From Lingula anatina (Eukaryota > Animalia > Brachiopoda): a DNA stretch of 64,000 nt. Below, piece after piece: positions 35,701-46,905 of the stretch. Position numbers and translations under genes: made by a program. The stretch's first letter is position 1, and every line of letters starts with the position of its first letter. The notes under the pieces are model-generated. The model was not told where the DNA came from and ran no database searches. It saw only the letters and a list, made by a program, of their open reading frames with translations. The stretch spans positions 35,669,967-35,733,966 of the forward strand of contig CM120640.1 in the NCBI GenBank assembly GCA_051362555.1, in the 5' to 3' direction.

Positions 35701-38616
35701 TCCTAGAAAGATCTGCATTACAGTCATCTACATATGTGTAAAATGTAATATTAATGTTTCTGCACCAACCTGCAAATTCCAAATTGCTGTACAGGAAAAA
35801 AGAGAATAAAGAATCACAAAAGAGGTTATTTACTTTTTTTGATACATTTTAATGTTATTAAAATACAATGCGCAACAGGCTACACAACCCATTTTTATGA
35901 AACCACAAGTTCTGTAAGACAAAAAGGTAAATTGGTTTTCCCTTGATGGTGTTATCTCTTTATGTGCATGGAGATGCTGGTGTCACACCTGTCAGTACAT
36001 AAAAATTCAACCACTTTTCAATAAACTTGACAATACATATAATTCAAAGTCTCTATCCCAGCATAGCTGTCAAAACTACAAAAAAAGAATTAAAAAAATG
36101 CACAAAGTAGGTAACTGTCAATACTGATGCAAAATACAGTATGCTTAACAGGAAGTCGAACAGCATTGCAGGTATATGTCTGTTAGGAATATGTTACTAG
36201 CAGACCCATGTCAGTTCAAATTCACAGTTAAAATATGCAAGCAAGAGAAATATGAACATTCAAATAAAAATGCATAAATTTCAGAAAAAAAAACAATCAA
36301 GCTGGGTTCCCAATTTGATCTGTGCTTAAGAATAATTATTGGATTTTCAAACTAATATGTCACTGTTTTTTCTTTATAATGTTACTATTGGCAGTACACA
36401 ATTTGTTTTGCCAAATCTGATACAATTTTACGTAATGATACAACCTTGAACTGTCTATCATAATAGTATAATGTATAAAAGGTCACTGCCATTTGACTTC
36501 ATGCCTTTGGGGGTTAAATCCCTCAATAAAAATGCTAATATTTAAAAAATATTGAACGCACATAAAAGGCAGTCAAACTGGTGCAAGTCTAGGTACAATT
36601 CAGACCAAGAACCCTTTCAGTAGGTTTGAGAGCCACGAGTAGCATGACGTTAATGGCCATTAAGGTGAGAGTGACCAAAATTTATTTTCCCTCACCTTTG
36701 ATGCTATATTACATAATGCTTAAGAGCATAATCACCACCAATTCTTAATTATGCAATGCAGTTAAAATGGTATTTATAAAAAAATTAATTAGCAAAGGTA
36801 TTCAGGCCCATGATATTTGAAAATTCCACTATGTACACAAGTGAGAACTATAACTAATGAGTTTACTTCCATTTTCAACAATTAAGTCAATGATAAAAAC
36901 AGCACAACTTTAATAAAATTGTCCTATCATTTTTAATTACCAGTTTGCTCCTTCCTATTCAAGTTCAGTAGTAACAATGGGTGTATCTCTGCTAATTTTG
37001 GTGTATTTTACATTTTATTTTCACATCTGAATATTGGATGTTGAACTATTTGATACAGAACAATGCCCGAGCCCTAACGAAAAAAAATAAAAAATACAAA
37101 AAAAACCTGCAGTGTTGCGCATGCAAAGCTCTACAAAATGAAAAAAAACAAGGTCTCTAGCAATGATGGTTCCAGAATTAGAGAGTTTTTAGTTTGGCAT
37201 CTAATAGCCACTACTCGTCTGAAAATGCCCCAAATGACCCCAAACTCACGAAGATCAAAGATTACCCTAAGGGTAACACCTGCCCATTGTATTATAGATT
37301 AGATCTGTTTAGTTTCTGAAAATAGACAATAATAACTATTTTTCACAAGAAAGTTAGCAATTTTAGAAAACTGTGACCTGTTTGACCTTGAAATAATGCG
37401 CTCTAGGAGGAGAAGCGGTAACGGTGACTTGTAGTTCACGACACCCTGCAGAGCCATATGAGATAGGTCGGGACTAAAGCCATGAATACTGCCAGCGTAC
37501 ATGCTGGTGGTACTAAAGAGTGTTTTTTAAATATTCTAGCTCCATAAAATCCCTTCTCATCGTGGCATTGGCCTAGCATGGAGCCAATATCCCAGGCTGT
37601 TGGGCGGTTTTCCCTTTACAAATGACATCCTCCTCTTCATGTTCGGTGCAATGTCGGCATTTTGAACAGCCCCTCCCTGCCTCATTCGCCAATGCTTTTT
37701 TCTTTCTCGCACTTTCTCGCGAGATTTTGTGTTTTTTTAAAATTTCATCTTGAAAATGAAACACGATTGATCTCTCGGGATTTCGCGCGACCACGCGGGA
37801 TTACGCGCGATCTCGCGGGATTACACGCGATCTCGCAAATTTCGCATTTTTTTTTCAAAAAAAATTTTTTTTTCAATTTTTTTTTTTTATTTTTTTTTTC
37901 AAAAAAAATTTTTTTTTCAATTTTTTTAAAAAAATTTTTTTTCCGCTTGGCCCTCCTGGGATTCCATAGTTTCCAGTTACGCCTACGTTTACCACGTACT
38001 AAAAAACTATAAGCTCAGAAGGGACTTGGGCTGGCCATGCACTCAATGTCGTAATGGAGAGAGCGGAAGCAAAATGCCATAAAACGCAACAGGATGGATG
38101 TCAGCTCGACGTGGCTTATCATCATGATGGTCTCTCTCCATTAAAATCACACTTCATTTTTTTTTTTTTTTTGAAAAATCAAAGGCATTCATCGAAATCA
38201 TTAAATGAAGAAAAAAAGTCGGCGTGCCGTTTACCCCAGTTTTTTTAAGTGTAAAGTTTATATGTCAAATGTTTAAGACACATATATAACATACCAAGTA
38301 CATACATCCATACATATACGTGTACTATTTTTGATGGGTCCAAGATTGAATCCAGGAATCAGAAAATTAAGCAATGCCATTCCTTTATAGAAAACACAGG
38401 TAGCAGTCAGTCTAAAACATCCCTTCTTTTTACGAAAAACAAACCGTCACTCACCTTTTTTGGATGCATCAAAGCTATTGTGAGGTTTGAGACGCTGGAC
38501 ATCCAGTCGGAGTTTTATACCGCGTAGGCATCCATTGTCTTTGTTAATTCTACTCACTAAATACTTCAGGGCATTTTCGGCCATTTTACTTTCATCATCT
38601 CTACCAAATAGGCCGC
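12037..38616 (-). CDS. GRIK-like: Ionotropic glutamate receptor, kainate-type subunit; 13 coding exons, 5' signal-peptide exon not located
   Basis: Exons 38455-38616, 26858-27112, 26111-26295, 25403-25456, 24884-25051, 23487-23639, 22671-22784, 22299-22400, 18352-18564, 16938-17498, 14057-14282, 13174-13439, 12037-12369 join in frame with GT-AG sites (2792 nt). Motifs: [87 protein letters not shown]. Confidence 0.95.
12884..13184. repeat. Two-copy duplication of about 145 bp spanning the M4-exon donor
   Basis: tccttgta(c/t)gagttttggacacgccaagtgag...ttattggac...tatctgtac at 12884..13028 and 13040..13184. Confidence 0.85.
13174..13439 (-). CDS. GRIK-like: iGluR exon: end of S2 and M4
   Basis: [17 protein letters not shown]...KWW...[18 protein letters not shown]. 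Confidence 0.95.
14057..14282 (-). CDS. GRIK-like: iGluR exon: S2 ligand-binding lobe
   Basis: [14 protein letters not shown]...[12 protein letters not shown]...[15 protein letters not shown]. Confidence 0.95.
14739..16812. mobile_element. Non-autonomous EnSpm/CACTA-like DNA transposon, about 2.07 kb
   Basis: Terminal inverted repeats CACTGTAAAAACAGTG(C/T)TTAGC, 2-bp TG duplication on both sides, many subterminal GCTAA(A/G)CAC repeats, no transposase. Confidence 0.8.
15427..15804 (-). mobile_element. Non-autonomous Kolobok-like element (copy A), nested in the CACTA-like element
   Basis: Flanked by TTAA on both sides, AG...CT ends with imperfect TIR (AGATGCATAC / GTATGTACCT); reverse-complement homologue at 23678..24059. 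Confidence 0.75.
16938..17498 (-). CDS. GRIK-like: iGluR exon: end of S1, M1, M2 pore loop, M3, start of S2
   Basis: [25 protein letters not shown]...TLMQQGSD...[15 protein letters not shown]...GGSTMTFFR. Confidence 0.97.
18352..18564 (-). CDS. GRIK-like: iGluR exon: S1 ligand-binding lobe
   Basis: EKPYVQLKK...[15 protein letters not shown]...DGQYG...[11 protein letters not shown]. Confidence 0.95.
20903..20932 (-). CDS. Candidate 30-nt alternative microexon of the iGluR ([10 protein letters not shown])
   Basis: Flanked by ctctgttttacag and gtaggt, phase 0/0; peptide matches the kainate S1 first strand NRSLIVTTIL. Confidence 0.65.
22299..22400 (-). CDS. GRIK-like: iGluR exon: ATD-LBD linker
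   Basis: [34 protein letters not shown]; cag / gtatgc splice sites. Confidence 0.88.
22671..22784 (-). CDS. GRIK-like: iGluR exon: ATD
   Basis: [18 protein letters not shown]...FDILKL. Confidence 0.88.
23199..23390 (+). mobile_element. Harbinger-like MITE (family copy 1)
   Basis: Imperfect TIRs (cattcccagagattt...tcgatc / gatcgatctaaaatctgtgggaatg), TTA/TAA flanks; inverted homologue at 27309..27523. Confidence 0.65.
23487..23639 (-). CDS. GRIK-like: iGluR exon: ATD
   Basis: [10 protein letters not shown]...[21 protein letters not shown]. Confidence 0.9.
23678..24059 (+). mobile_element. Non-autonomous Kolobok-like element (copy B)
   Basis: TTAA|AGGTACATAC...TTTGCATCT|TTAA; full-length inverted homologue of 15427..15804. 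Confidence 0.75.
24884..25051 (-). CDS. GRIK-like: iGluR exon: ATD
   Basis: [23 protein letters not shown]...; phase 0/0. Confidence 0.85.
25403..25456 (-). CDS. GRIK-like: iGluR 54-nt exon: ATD
   Basis: [18 protein letters not shown]; ttttcag / gtaagt; corresponds to the A..MGM...YYHYIFTTL segment of kainate receptors. Confidence 0.85.
26111..26295 (-). CDS. GRIK-like: iGluR exon: ATD
   Basis: LLLLQSIY...[11 protein letters not shown]...MLRY; phase 1/0. Confidence 0.85.
26858..27112 (-). CDS. GRIK-like: iGluR exon: ATD
   Basis: [14 protein letters not shown]...[12 protein letters not shown]...INIHP...[11 protein letters not shown]. Confidence 0.93.
27309..27523 (-). mobile_element. Harbinger-like MITE (family copy 2)
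   Basis: Reverse complement of 23199..23390 (shared gcttaagcgtctgtcccgcctactaaaagctgt and tgcaatttagcctgaacccccagggagttaggtcgatc). Confidence 0.65.
32439..35741 (+). pseudogene. Multi-exon integrase-core (DDE) transposase, damaged
   Basis: Exon-like blocks: 32439-32546 ([11 protein letters not shown]), 32958-33048, 33425-33500 (SERTLKRRL), 33813-33911, 34029-34122 ([10 protein letters not shown]), 34448-34547 ([13 protein letters not shown]...[13 protein letters not shown]), 34749-34888 (RSDPETEN...GPSPLNQ), 34990-about 35050 (KIECFW), 35087-35288 (WNNHKIR), 35503-35741. Lesions: phase mismatch after a poly-A run at 33903-33910, donor ATAAAT at 34123, missing donor near 35055. Confidence 0.85.
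32702..32757. repeat. (TA)n microsatellite in a transposase intron
   Basis: About 28 units. Confidence 0.95.
38455..38616 (-). CDS. GRIK-like: iGluR exon: start of the mature ATD
   Basis: GGLFGRDD...RINKD...[19 protein letters not shown]; phase 1/1; joins to ACYQIG across an 11.3-kb intron. Confidence 0.9.
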
Positions 38617-38724
38617 CTGAAAAGAAAAAAAAATTTACAAAGGGGGGGGGGGTTGTATAATTTTTCAACTTTAAGCAACAACAAAAACAAATACCTTACT
38701 GTACGTTCCACGCAAAACTGAACA

Positions 38725-38726
<2 letters not shown>

Positions 38727-38760
<34 letters not shown>

Positions 38761-38777
38761 AACCGCACATGCACGCG

Positions 38778-38815
<38 letters not shown>
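38727..38815. repeat. (CA)n-(GC)n-(CA)n compound microsatellite
   Basis: Seen directly. Confidence 0.9.
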
Positions 38816-38816
<1 letters not shown>

Positions 38817-41800
38817 CAAGCTCAAAATATAAAAACCGAGATAATACAGCACATTATCATATACACAGTGAGCAGGATGGTGTAAAAGCTACATGCACCG
38901 AGTACATATGGCGCCACAAGGCAGTCCTATCGAGAAATTAAGTACAATCTAGAACCAACCAAACATATGTTTGGAGGGTCCTAATCTTATACCATACGAC
39001 AGTCCCTATCTCGCGGATGTTCTTCAGCTGTTACAATGTCAATGTAAATGTATATGTATGAGCTGGCGTCACTGTCTTTGTGTTTATTCAGCACCATGCG
39101 CCCCATTACATAAACATATTTAAAAAGCCCCATGGCTGTATACTTCAGGGCATTCTTCTACTTTTTTGTTCATTTAAATCAGTATGTTGCATCTGAGAGA
39201 ATTTTGTTCTTTTATATCTATCTAAAAATATAATTTTCACAATTCTTATGAAACAATCCCCCATATATATATATATTTTTTTTTACCGTGGCAGCTGGGG
39301 GCCCCCTTAGCTTTGGCGCCCTCGTCTGCCTATACATCCCTCCCAGTTGATCCAGCCCTGTGATTAGTTCATATTCATTGCTGCTTTTACCAATACAATG
39401 CTTTGCCGTCATTAATTGTCTCTGCAGAAGCTCAAAATATAGAAACTACATGATTTTATTCCCAACACGACATTCACTCACAAAAAATAGACACAAACCA
39501 CGTCTCGCTCTCTTGTGTCATGCCATTTGTATTGATCTCAGAACCGAATGTCACGACTCGAAGTTGTGTCATGTTTCTAATGTAATTAGGAGATTCTTTA
39601 ACTTGTCTCATCCTATTTCTAAAATATTTGTCACGAACAACATTAACATGGACTGACTAGTGCCACATCAATTAAAGTTTTGATGCAGTCCAAGATTGGT
39701 ATTTCGCCTGATTATTTATGACTGCAAGTCCCATTAGATTCTTTGGCGCCAATCTGTTGCGTAATGTCATCTCTTAATCCACGTTCTCTCGGGTCTTGGT
39801 TGTGAGAATGGGAAGCTATTGCTATAAGTTAGATCCACTGACATCTACATAACTATCAATTATTATTATTATTAATACGTAAGAGCATTAGTAACCAGGT
39901 CGAAAGATGAGTTAAGGCATTTTAATTTCAATTTAAATATTTTTGTTGCTTGGTGGCTCTTTGTCAGTTGCGACAGAACTTGGTCCACGTTTGTTTCAAT
40001 GTTACCAAGTACCGTGGATAGACTTGTGAACTTGTAACTTGCCATGTGATTAGGTCAGATTAAGTATGTAATAACTAAAAGAAATGCAAAACACATTTCA
40101 CGAGTTAGCCAAGGCCAAGGTCTTGTGCAGATCACCTTCTAAAAATATTCTTTAAATTAACACCTGCGTTCTTGGCACATCTGTGTTTTTACCAGATGCA
40201 ACATTTTTTTTTCTAAATCAGAGATATGTCAACTCCAAAAATCTGTCTCTCCCAAATATGTGCATTTTGACAAGGGTTATAGCTTATGCAAGATCTCTGA
40301 CGAAACTGCACACTGGAAAACGTCATTCTTGCAAATGATACAGCCCGTTGACTGACAATGCGGCTTCTTTTGAAAATAACGCATTTGTACTTACTTTTTA
40401 AAGAAAGATATGGATTTGACACAAAGACTTTTGCTTGGCTAAAACTCAACACATTCCTTTTGTCATTAACCTTACTCAAATTCATGCTAAAAACGAAAAA
40501 AATATCGCAAGAAAAGTTTCAGATTTAACTAGCCAAAACAAGGTTGGCGTTATTGGGGGTCGCGCCATATAATGCCTTTGCCTGAAATTTAATATGTATG
40601 ATTATGTAGGACAAGACTTAAAACTGTAATAACCTTAAACTTTCAACAGCATGTTAAACATGCTTCACGTTTCCATAATTGTGATAGGTAAAAGGCTTCT
40701 CTTTGCACTGTTCTCGGTATTCAAATAACGCCTTCCTCGTCTACACACTGTCTACACGCAAGGCACGTATTCTGACAATAGGTCCATTGCCTAATGTATA
40801 TCTAGGAGGTAATAAACGTTCATTATATAGAATGAGAAAGCAAATCGACCATGGAGATCGGTGGATTATAATGCACTTAAGGAATTGTTCTTTCTGTGTG
40901 AGTGACTTTGCGTCGAATCAATAAAACACCAATAAAACATCAATTAACTAATTAAAATAATTAGGACAGAACTTCCTTTACAAAAGTTTTTATGTCCACT
41001 GCCGCTGCCAATCGGTAACTACTTTCCCTTTGCTACAGCTTGGACAAATATATTCGTCTACGACTACCGTAACATTCCTGTTCATAGTACAGATGAAATG
41101 AGGTTTTCGTACAACAGTGACTGGGACACCAGTCCTCAAAGGTTGATACTTTGTGGGTAACAGACTCCTAGGAAACACCATTTAAGGGTGTTGTTGGCCT
41201 TTGCCACCCCCCACCCCCCTCATTTACTGTCTTATAAAATCTACATTCTTTTGGATAATAGATAAATCTTCAGTGTTCAGTGACTTTTATTAACATTTCC
41301 AAACATTTTTGGGTAAATAATGAAAAATCGGTTTTTCAAATTACCTGAGCAACCACGAACAACGTTTCAATCCTGCGAGCGATCTTTCTCAAAAGCCTTA
41401 GTTCAGATTTTATCGTTAATAAAGCAAAATAATGCCTTTGTTTAATACAAATCTGCCATTAGGGGCTCATAACTCCATAACAAAAACATTTAAACCAAAA
41501 TGACGGCACGAGATTGTACCCCATACACTCGTGGTCATCTATGACGATTTTCGTGACAAAATCTTGTTCAGGGATGAAGCTAAGCCCCATGCCGTTTGCT
41601 ATCTCACCTTAAAATATAAAGGTGTTACATTGACGATTAAAGCTTTGAGTAGCCTATGCTTTTACATTGCAGCGAGAAATATAAACGTTCATTTTATATT
41701 TTCGAGAGGAATTTTATTGTTTTAAATCAGCACAAAGATATATCCATTATTGAATAATTAGATGCAGGAAAAATGTCGTTTTCGGCATCTGGATGATAAT

Positions 41801-44187
41801 TAAAGCTTACAATACCCTTATGGAGTTTAATCACGCTTTTGAAACTTTCAATTGTAAACTCAATTGTGCAGAAAGTGGGTGGACGTAATTGATTATTTTA
41901 AGATAATAATCCCACTCGAAGATGAAGAGGTTTTAAACGTTGATCAAATGGAAAGGCAACAATCGATTTTCAGACACTTCACCAGTGACCCCACCCCCAC
42001 CCTTTTGTTTGAGGCGACACTGTCTTGTTTGTACGAGTGTCATTAAATAAGTCAACGGTAAGTATATCACTGTGTTATCTGGACCAAAGCATAGCATGTC
42101 ACATACTCAGAGCGGCCATTAGAGGCTTCGTAGCGTATCGTTAATCAATGGATACATAAAAATGATAGGTACTAATTATTCCATGACATGACCATATTTT
42201 TGACCAGAGGGGAAACACGAAACATTGTTACAAAGTATAACATGGGATTATTTTGTCAGGAAAGGCCTACTTATTTATTCCAGAATTAGACAGCGTCATT
42301 AAAATGATGGTTCAGTCAAACAAATGCCTTTATCTATATGATAAGCCAATCCATAGCGATAAATACATAATGGACTTGCATCAACTAGATATTTACAATT
42401 TAGCGAAGGACAGAAGTAACCTTTAGGGTTTGTTCCTTGAAGAGCTTTAATATCTCACAATGCAGTCCATCGTAGAGTAGCAAAGGAATTTGGAAGTGCG
42501 CTTTTTGGAATGAACAAAATGGCGAAATTGATTGAAATTGTTTTAATTCTTTTTTCTAACATATACACTTACCAATATTCATTCAATATATATATATATT
42601 TATAAAACTTCAAGCCGATTTATACATCCGTGTGCTCGTCACTCCGACATAATTAACATGAACAACCATAATATTTAATTTATGGGAACAATCGTTACAG
42701 TGTAAATGAAAAAAATACAAAATCGGTAGAAAATACTTGTAGGTATGTGTAAGTGACTAAAATATTTCCCTGGAGCTTTCTTTGCAAGTTCATCTCGGTC
42801 ACTGTCACTTGCTCCCACTCAAGATTTCTGTTTATACGGTTGATTTCTAAGGATGCAACTCAACGAAAACCTTGCTTAAGCCCACTGCAAGACGTCAGCA
42901 ATGCGAAGATTCCTCATTTAAGACCCCGTCTCGAGTGAATAGGGTTCAGTATCCAATTTCACTCAACCACTTTTTTCGTAATACATTTACAAATAATGCA
43001 CTAGAGTAACACCATTATAAAATCGTTCCAACAGAAACACCTTTCCAAGAAAATAATGACAATTTCACAAGTTGAAGTTGATGGAGGAGACACTGAACTT
43101 ATTTTGGACTTTTAAGGCGAACAAAGTGCTGCCCCTTTGGAATTCACGGCAGTGTATATTTGCCTTTCAGAAATGAAACTGTAATAATGTAATATTCGTG
43201 TTATCTCCTTGATTGGCATTTTGTGTAATCTTTTTCCCCAAGACGCACATCACACCAAGATATTTCCGAAATAGACGCCAGACGTTGTCAAACAATCGCA
43301 TTCATGGAAAAAACAATCGGTCTCTTTTTAACACAATCGACCTGACATGTTTGACGTATGACCAATTATATTTGAGTAGTCTCGACGGGTTACAAATTAT
43401 ACCATAATTATTTTTTTCGAATTATCAGCATGTTACGCACAGGCCGTTCCATGCACAATGACGTTCATAAGGGATTTCTATATATACATTCAGTAATTCC
43501 TCAATTGATGTCAATATTTTGGGTTTAAAGGTTCGTTTCCAGAGAAGATGAGGGGTAAAAACTAAATATGGTAAGTCTCAACAGGCCGTTTGATCACGAT
43601 TAGTTTACCATTGGGAGAAATTCTAATCCCACTGTTGATTCGCCCGCTGCCAGGTAAGCTGTTAGATAGATTGTCCCTTTTCGGTGTACTTATCGTAATC
43701 AGCCGGTTCTGCTCAGAGGGGTTCAATTCAGTACGGCCAATCCATGTTGAGTGGAAACAGGTCAGATTGGAATTTGCATAAAAGGCAAAAGGCATAGGTC
43801 ACAAATATATCAAAAACAGTAGGATTTTGGATCTAAAAATGCCAATAGCAGCGTTCTGGTAATTTTTCTGTCTATTATCAGAATGCACAATCCAATCGTT
43901 ACAGACTTCCTTAATGTACCGGTCAGAATCGACATGAATTTGGTCCGGCGTAATTTTTCAAACAAATGCCTGCTCTCCCTTTAGACATGCCCCAAAATAG
44001 CCTTGCCTTGAAGCAGACTTCTAACTAGACGTCTAATTGGTCCTGGAGCAAGACCACTCGCTTGCAATCACACAACTGATCACGGCAAGACTTAATGCTG
44101 GTTCTTGTGGAAGTCTTTGCGATGTCAAGTCGTAGTCGGTCGAACCTGATTTAATTGCCCGTCTCTCTGAATAACTGGGCCATAATA

Positions 44188-44355
44188 GGCCGCATTAAGA
44201 ACAGAAGTTGAGCCGCAGACTGACAGATCCGCGGATCCAATACGGCCGGCCTACTTGAAACCTCACCGCCTCAACATCAATCTATTTAGTGTCTATTAGG
44301 GGATTATGCAAGAAAGCTTTCAAGTGGGTCGGCCTTATTTGTTCTGAATGCGCCC
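44188..44355. mobile_element. Harbinger-like MITE
   Basis: TIR ggccgcattaagaaca / tgttctgaatgcgccc; related to 45830..46000. Confidence 0.55.
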
Positions 44356-45829
44356 AAAGTCAGATAACCAAACGATACGTTGTCAACTTGTCAGTCAGAC
44401 ATGATGAGCCTACATACCCTTCCATACTGACGTAATGCCCAAGTGGTATGATAAATTCTATAAAGACAAGTCAAAGCACATGGATAGATTGGGTATGCCT
44501 ATTTCAAGCTAAATTCCTGTGTACAGATATTTTAATCACCACAGACGTATCTGACAGTTCTGGAAACATAAGTGTTTTTTTTTTATACATCTTGGGTTCT
44601 AATAAAAACGACACTTTATTTCGATGTGTTGACTGTTTTCATTTTGTAAGGTTTGCGATGATCTGTGTTGTGTACTTGGCAACCATTGACAGAAACACAT
44701 GCACACTGTAAAGTTGAACCACAAAGCTCGTTCTGCTCCTGAATGAAACAGTGCAGTGTCAGCGGTAAGCGTGAGCACTGTAAGAGTTCTTCACCCATCT
44801 GCCTTTGGTGAAATAACGACTTTTCGCGAATTAATATAATGCTCACGTAATATTATCATGCGTCACTCGACTCATGTTTCTGTATGTCCAATTACCAATA
44901 GATAATTACACGATTGTTTGTATGATGAATCCTATCGTTGACTTCACATTGGATCATACATAAACTGCCTGTATCTCTTCGTAACAGATGTCATTGGGTG
45001 GGTTGATAGTCTTGTATTGTTCTGGTTGGTTGCAGATACAAGTAGGGTTACATCAGCTTAAGTCTACTGGGGGATATCAGCAGGAACTTAGCCATGCAAA
45101 CGAAGAGGTACAAATAATACAGAGAGAGAAGTAAAAAGGAGTTTTTGCTGCCGATAAACTTGGGCTCAGATTTGTTGACATCTACATTTTCCTGTGCTTT
45201 TTGTTGGTTTATATTGGGTTGTTATTAGCTTATAGTCCTGGGATTAACCAATTTTTCTCCATTTCACCATCAAGTTCCTACTTTGAATAAAATGTCTCAT
45301 TGAGTTTAATCTGATCGGGATGAATACTATGCAAAAGCCTTAGGGGAGAACTTAATCTTTCCGATTTAAAGTCTCTTTTGCTTCAATCCAAGAAAAAGAG
45401 ATCCTTTCGTTTTGGGCTTTGAAAAAAAGCTAACCCAATATGGCATCGCTAGGAGTAGAAAATGATAAAAATTCAAAGCATCGCTCACCGATTTCCTTAG
45501 CTTTTAGGATTATCAATCCCACTTTATTTTATAATCGTATTGAATGTGCCCCCATGAGAACAAATGAAACGAAGTTGTGTACCTAGGGGCATTCAAATAC
45601 ATTGGTATTATGGAAAAGATTGTGAAATTATACTCCCCGTCAGTTTTTGTTATCTATTTGAGACTAAACGAGTAGATTTGTCAAGACGTCTTAGCATATA
45701 AAGTCATCGATTTTTTAAAACATTATTTTCATGGGATGTTCATCAAACTTGAGGTTTGTGCAAGATTTTAATTCAAACTTTGCGCACACGTCGATTGAAT
45801 TCAAAGCAATGGTAGGCTGCATCCGCTTG

Positions 45830-46000
45830 GAGCGCATTCAGAACATCGGACTAACAGATCCGCGGATCAAATATAGCCGACCCACTTGAATGCTTGTTGC
45901 GTAATCCCCACGGGGAATCTATTTAGTACCTAATTGGGAATTAAGCGACAAACTTTCAAATGATCCACGGAGCGGTAAGTCCGATGTACTGAATGCGCTC
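45830..46000. mobile_element. Harbinger-like MITE
   Basis: TIR gagcgcattcagaacatcggact / agtccgatgtactgaatgcgctc with 3-bp TTG duplication. Confidence 0.75.
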
Positions 46001-46466
46001 TTGTAAGCCAAACTAGGTTTAAAAAGCGAAGTTCACTCAAAGTGGCGTACGTGGGGGTCATCGACTTATCACATTACACGAAAAGTCCACACGTTTCGAC
46101 TTCTCATTAAAACGCTATCTAATTGTTATCAACACGCTAAATAATGCATCTTGGCTATTCAGCTAGAGCTGTTAAGTTGGCAACTATATTGTATATGCAT
46201 GGGTTTGCTTGTTTGTATTTCATGTTGTATAATTCACATGTGCAGTTATGCAACAACAGTGTTATTGAAAACAATGTTGTATAAGGGTATAAGCACTTAC
46301 ACAACAAATGGAAAACGAAGTTGTATAAGTGTGTAATGTGCAATCGTGTAAGTTGGCATGTGTGTATGCTACATAAATGATAAATAAAACTACTGTATAA
46401 TCCAACATGCCTTTCTTGACTGTTGCTTAGCAAAATGAAAACTGTACGGAAAAATTCCTGAAAACT

Positions 46467-46905
46467 AATAATAATAATAATAATTTATTAAGCCATTAAC
46501 AATAAAATACAAATGTATAAAATTGGGAATCTTTTGCCCTGTAGTAGCGCCATTGAAATATAAAGAATGAAAATTAAAATTACATGTTAGAGTTAAAAAT
46601 AGTTACTGCCGAAGGATAAAAGCTATTTAAAAATCGCTTACTACCCTTAAAAGCTAAGAGTCTCGAATTGCTAGGTAAAAATTTAAAAAGGGTATGGGCT
46701 GGATGGGAACTGTCTGTCATTATTGATAATGTTTTCTTTTTAGTCCTGTCTAGATATATAGTATGGACGGGAGTTAGATCTATTCCAATTACAATCCCTG
46801 CAGTTTCGACGATCTTTTCCAACTTGTTCCTCTCCTCCACAGTTGCACGTCCATACCAAACAGTTACTGAATAAGTTAAAATACTCTCTAAAACACACTT
46901 GTAAA
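46467..46905 (-). mobile_element. 5'-truncated Rex1/Babar-like LINE (3' end of the RT ORF, 3' UTR, (TTA)n tail)
   Basis: ESILTYSVTVWYG...KLEKIVETAGIVIG...DSSHPAHTLFKFLPS.SR...RFLNSFYPSAV is the typical Rex1 post-RT region; stop at 46580; tail at 46467-46483; possible AAACTA duplication. Confidence 0.85.

Larger units (their letters stand above)
32140..37968 (+). mobile_element. IS3EU-type DNA transposon, 5,829 bp, intronic in the iGluR gene
   Basis: About 200-bp TIRs beginning TATGGAATCCCAGGAGGGCCAAGCG and ending CGCTTGGCCCTCCTGGGATTCCATA; 6-bp TSD GTTTCC (32134-32139, 37969-37974); internal integrase-core DDE transposase. TAY..RTA ends with a 6-bp TSD are the described IS3EU hallmarks. Confidence 0.88.

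Noticed and set aside
32133-37974. Alternative 7-bp TSD (AGTTTCC)
   Set aside because: It would break TIR symmetry; TATGG...CCATA with GTTTCC fits exactly.
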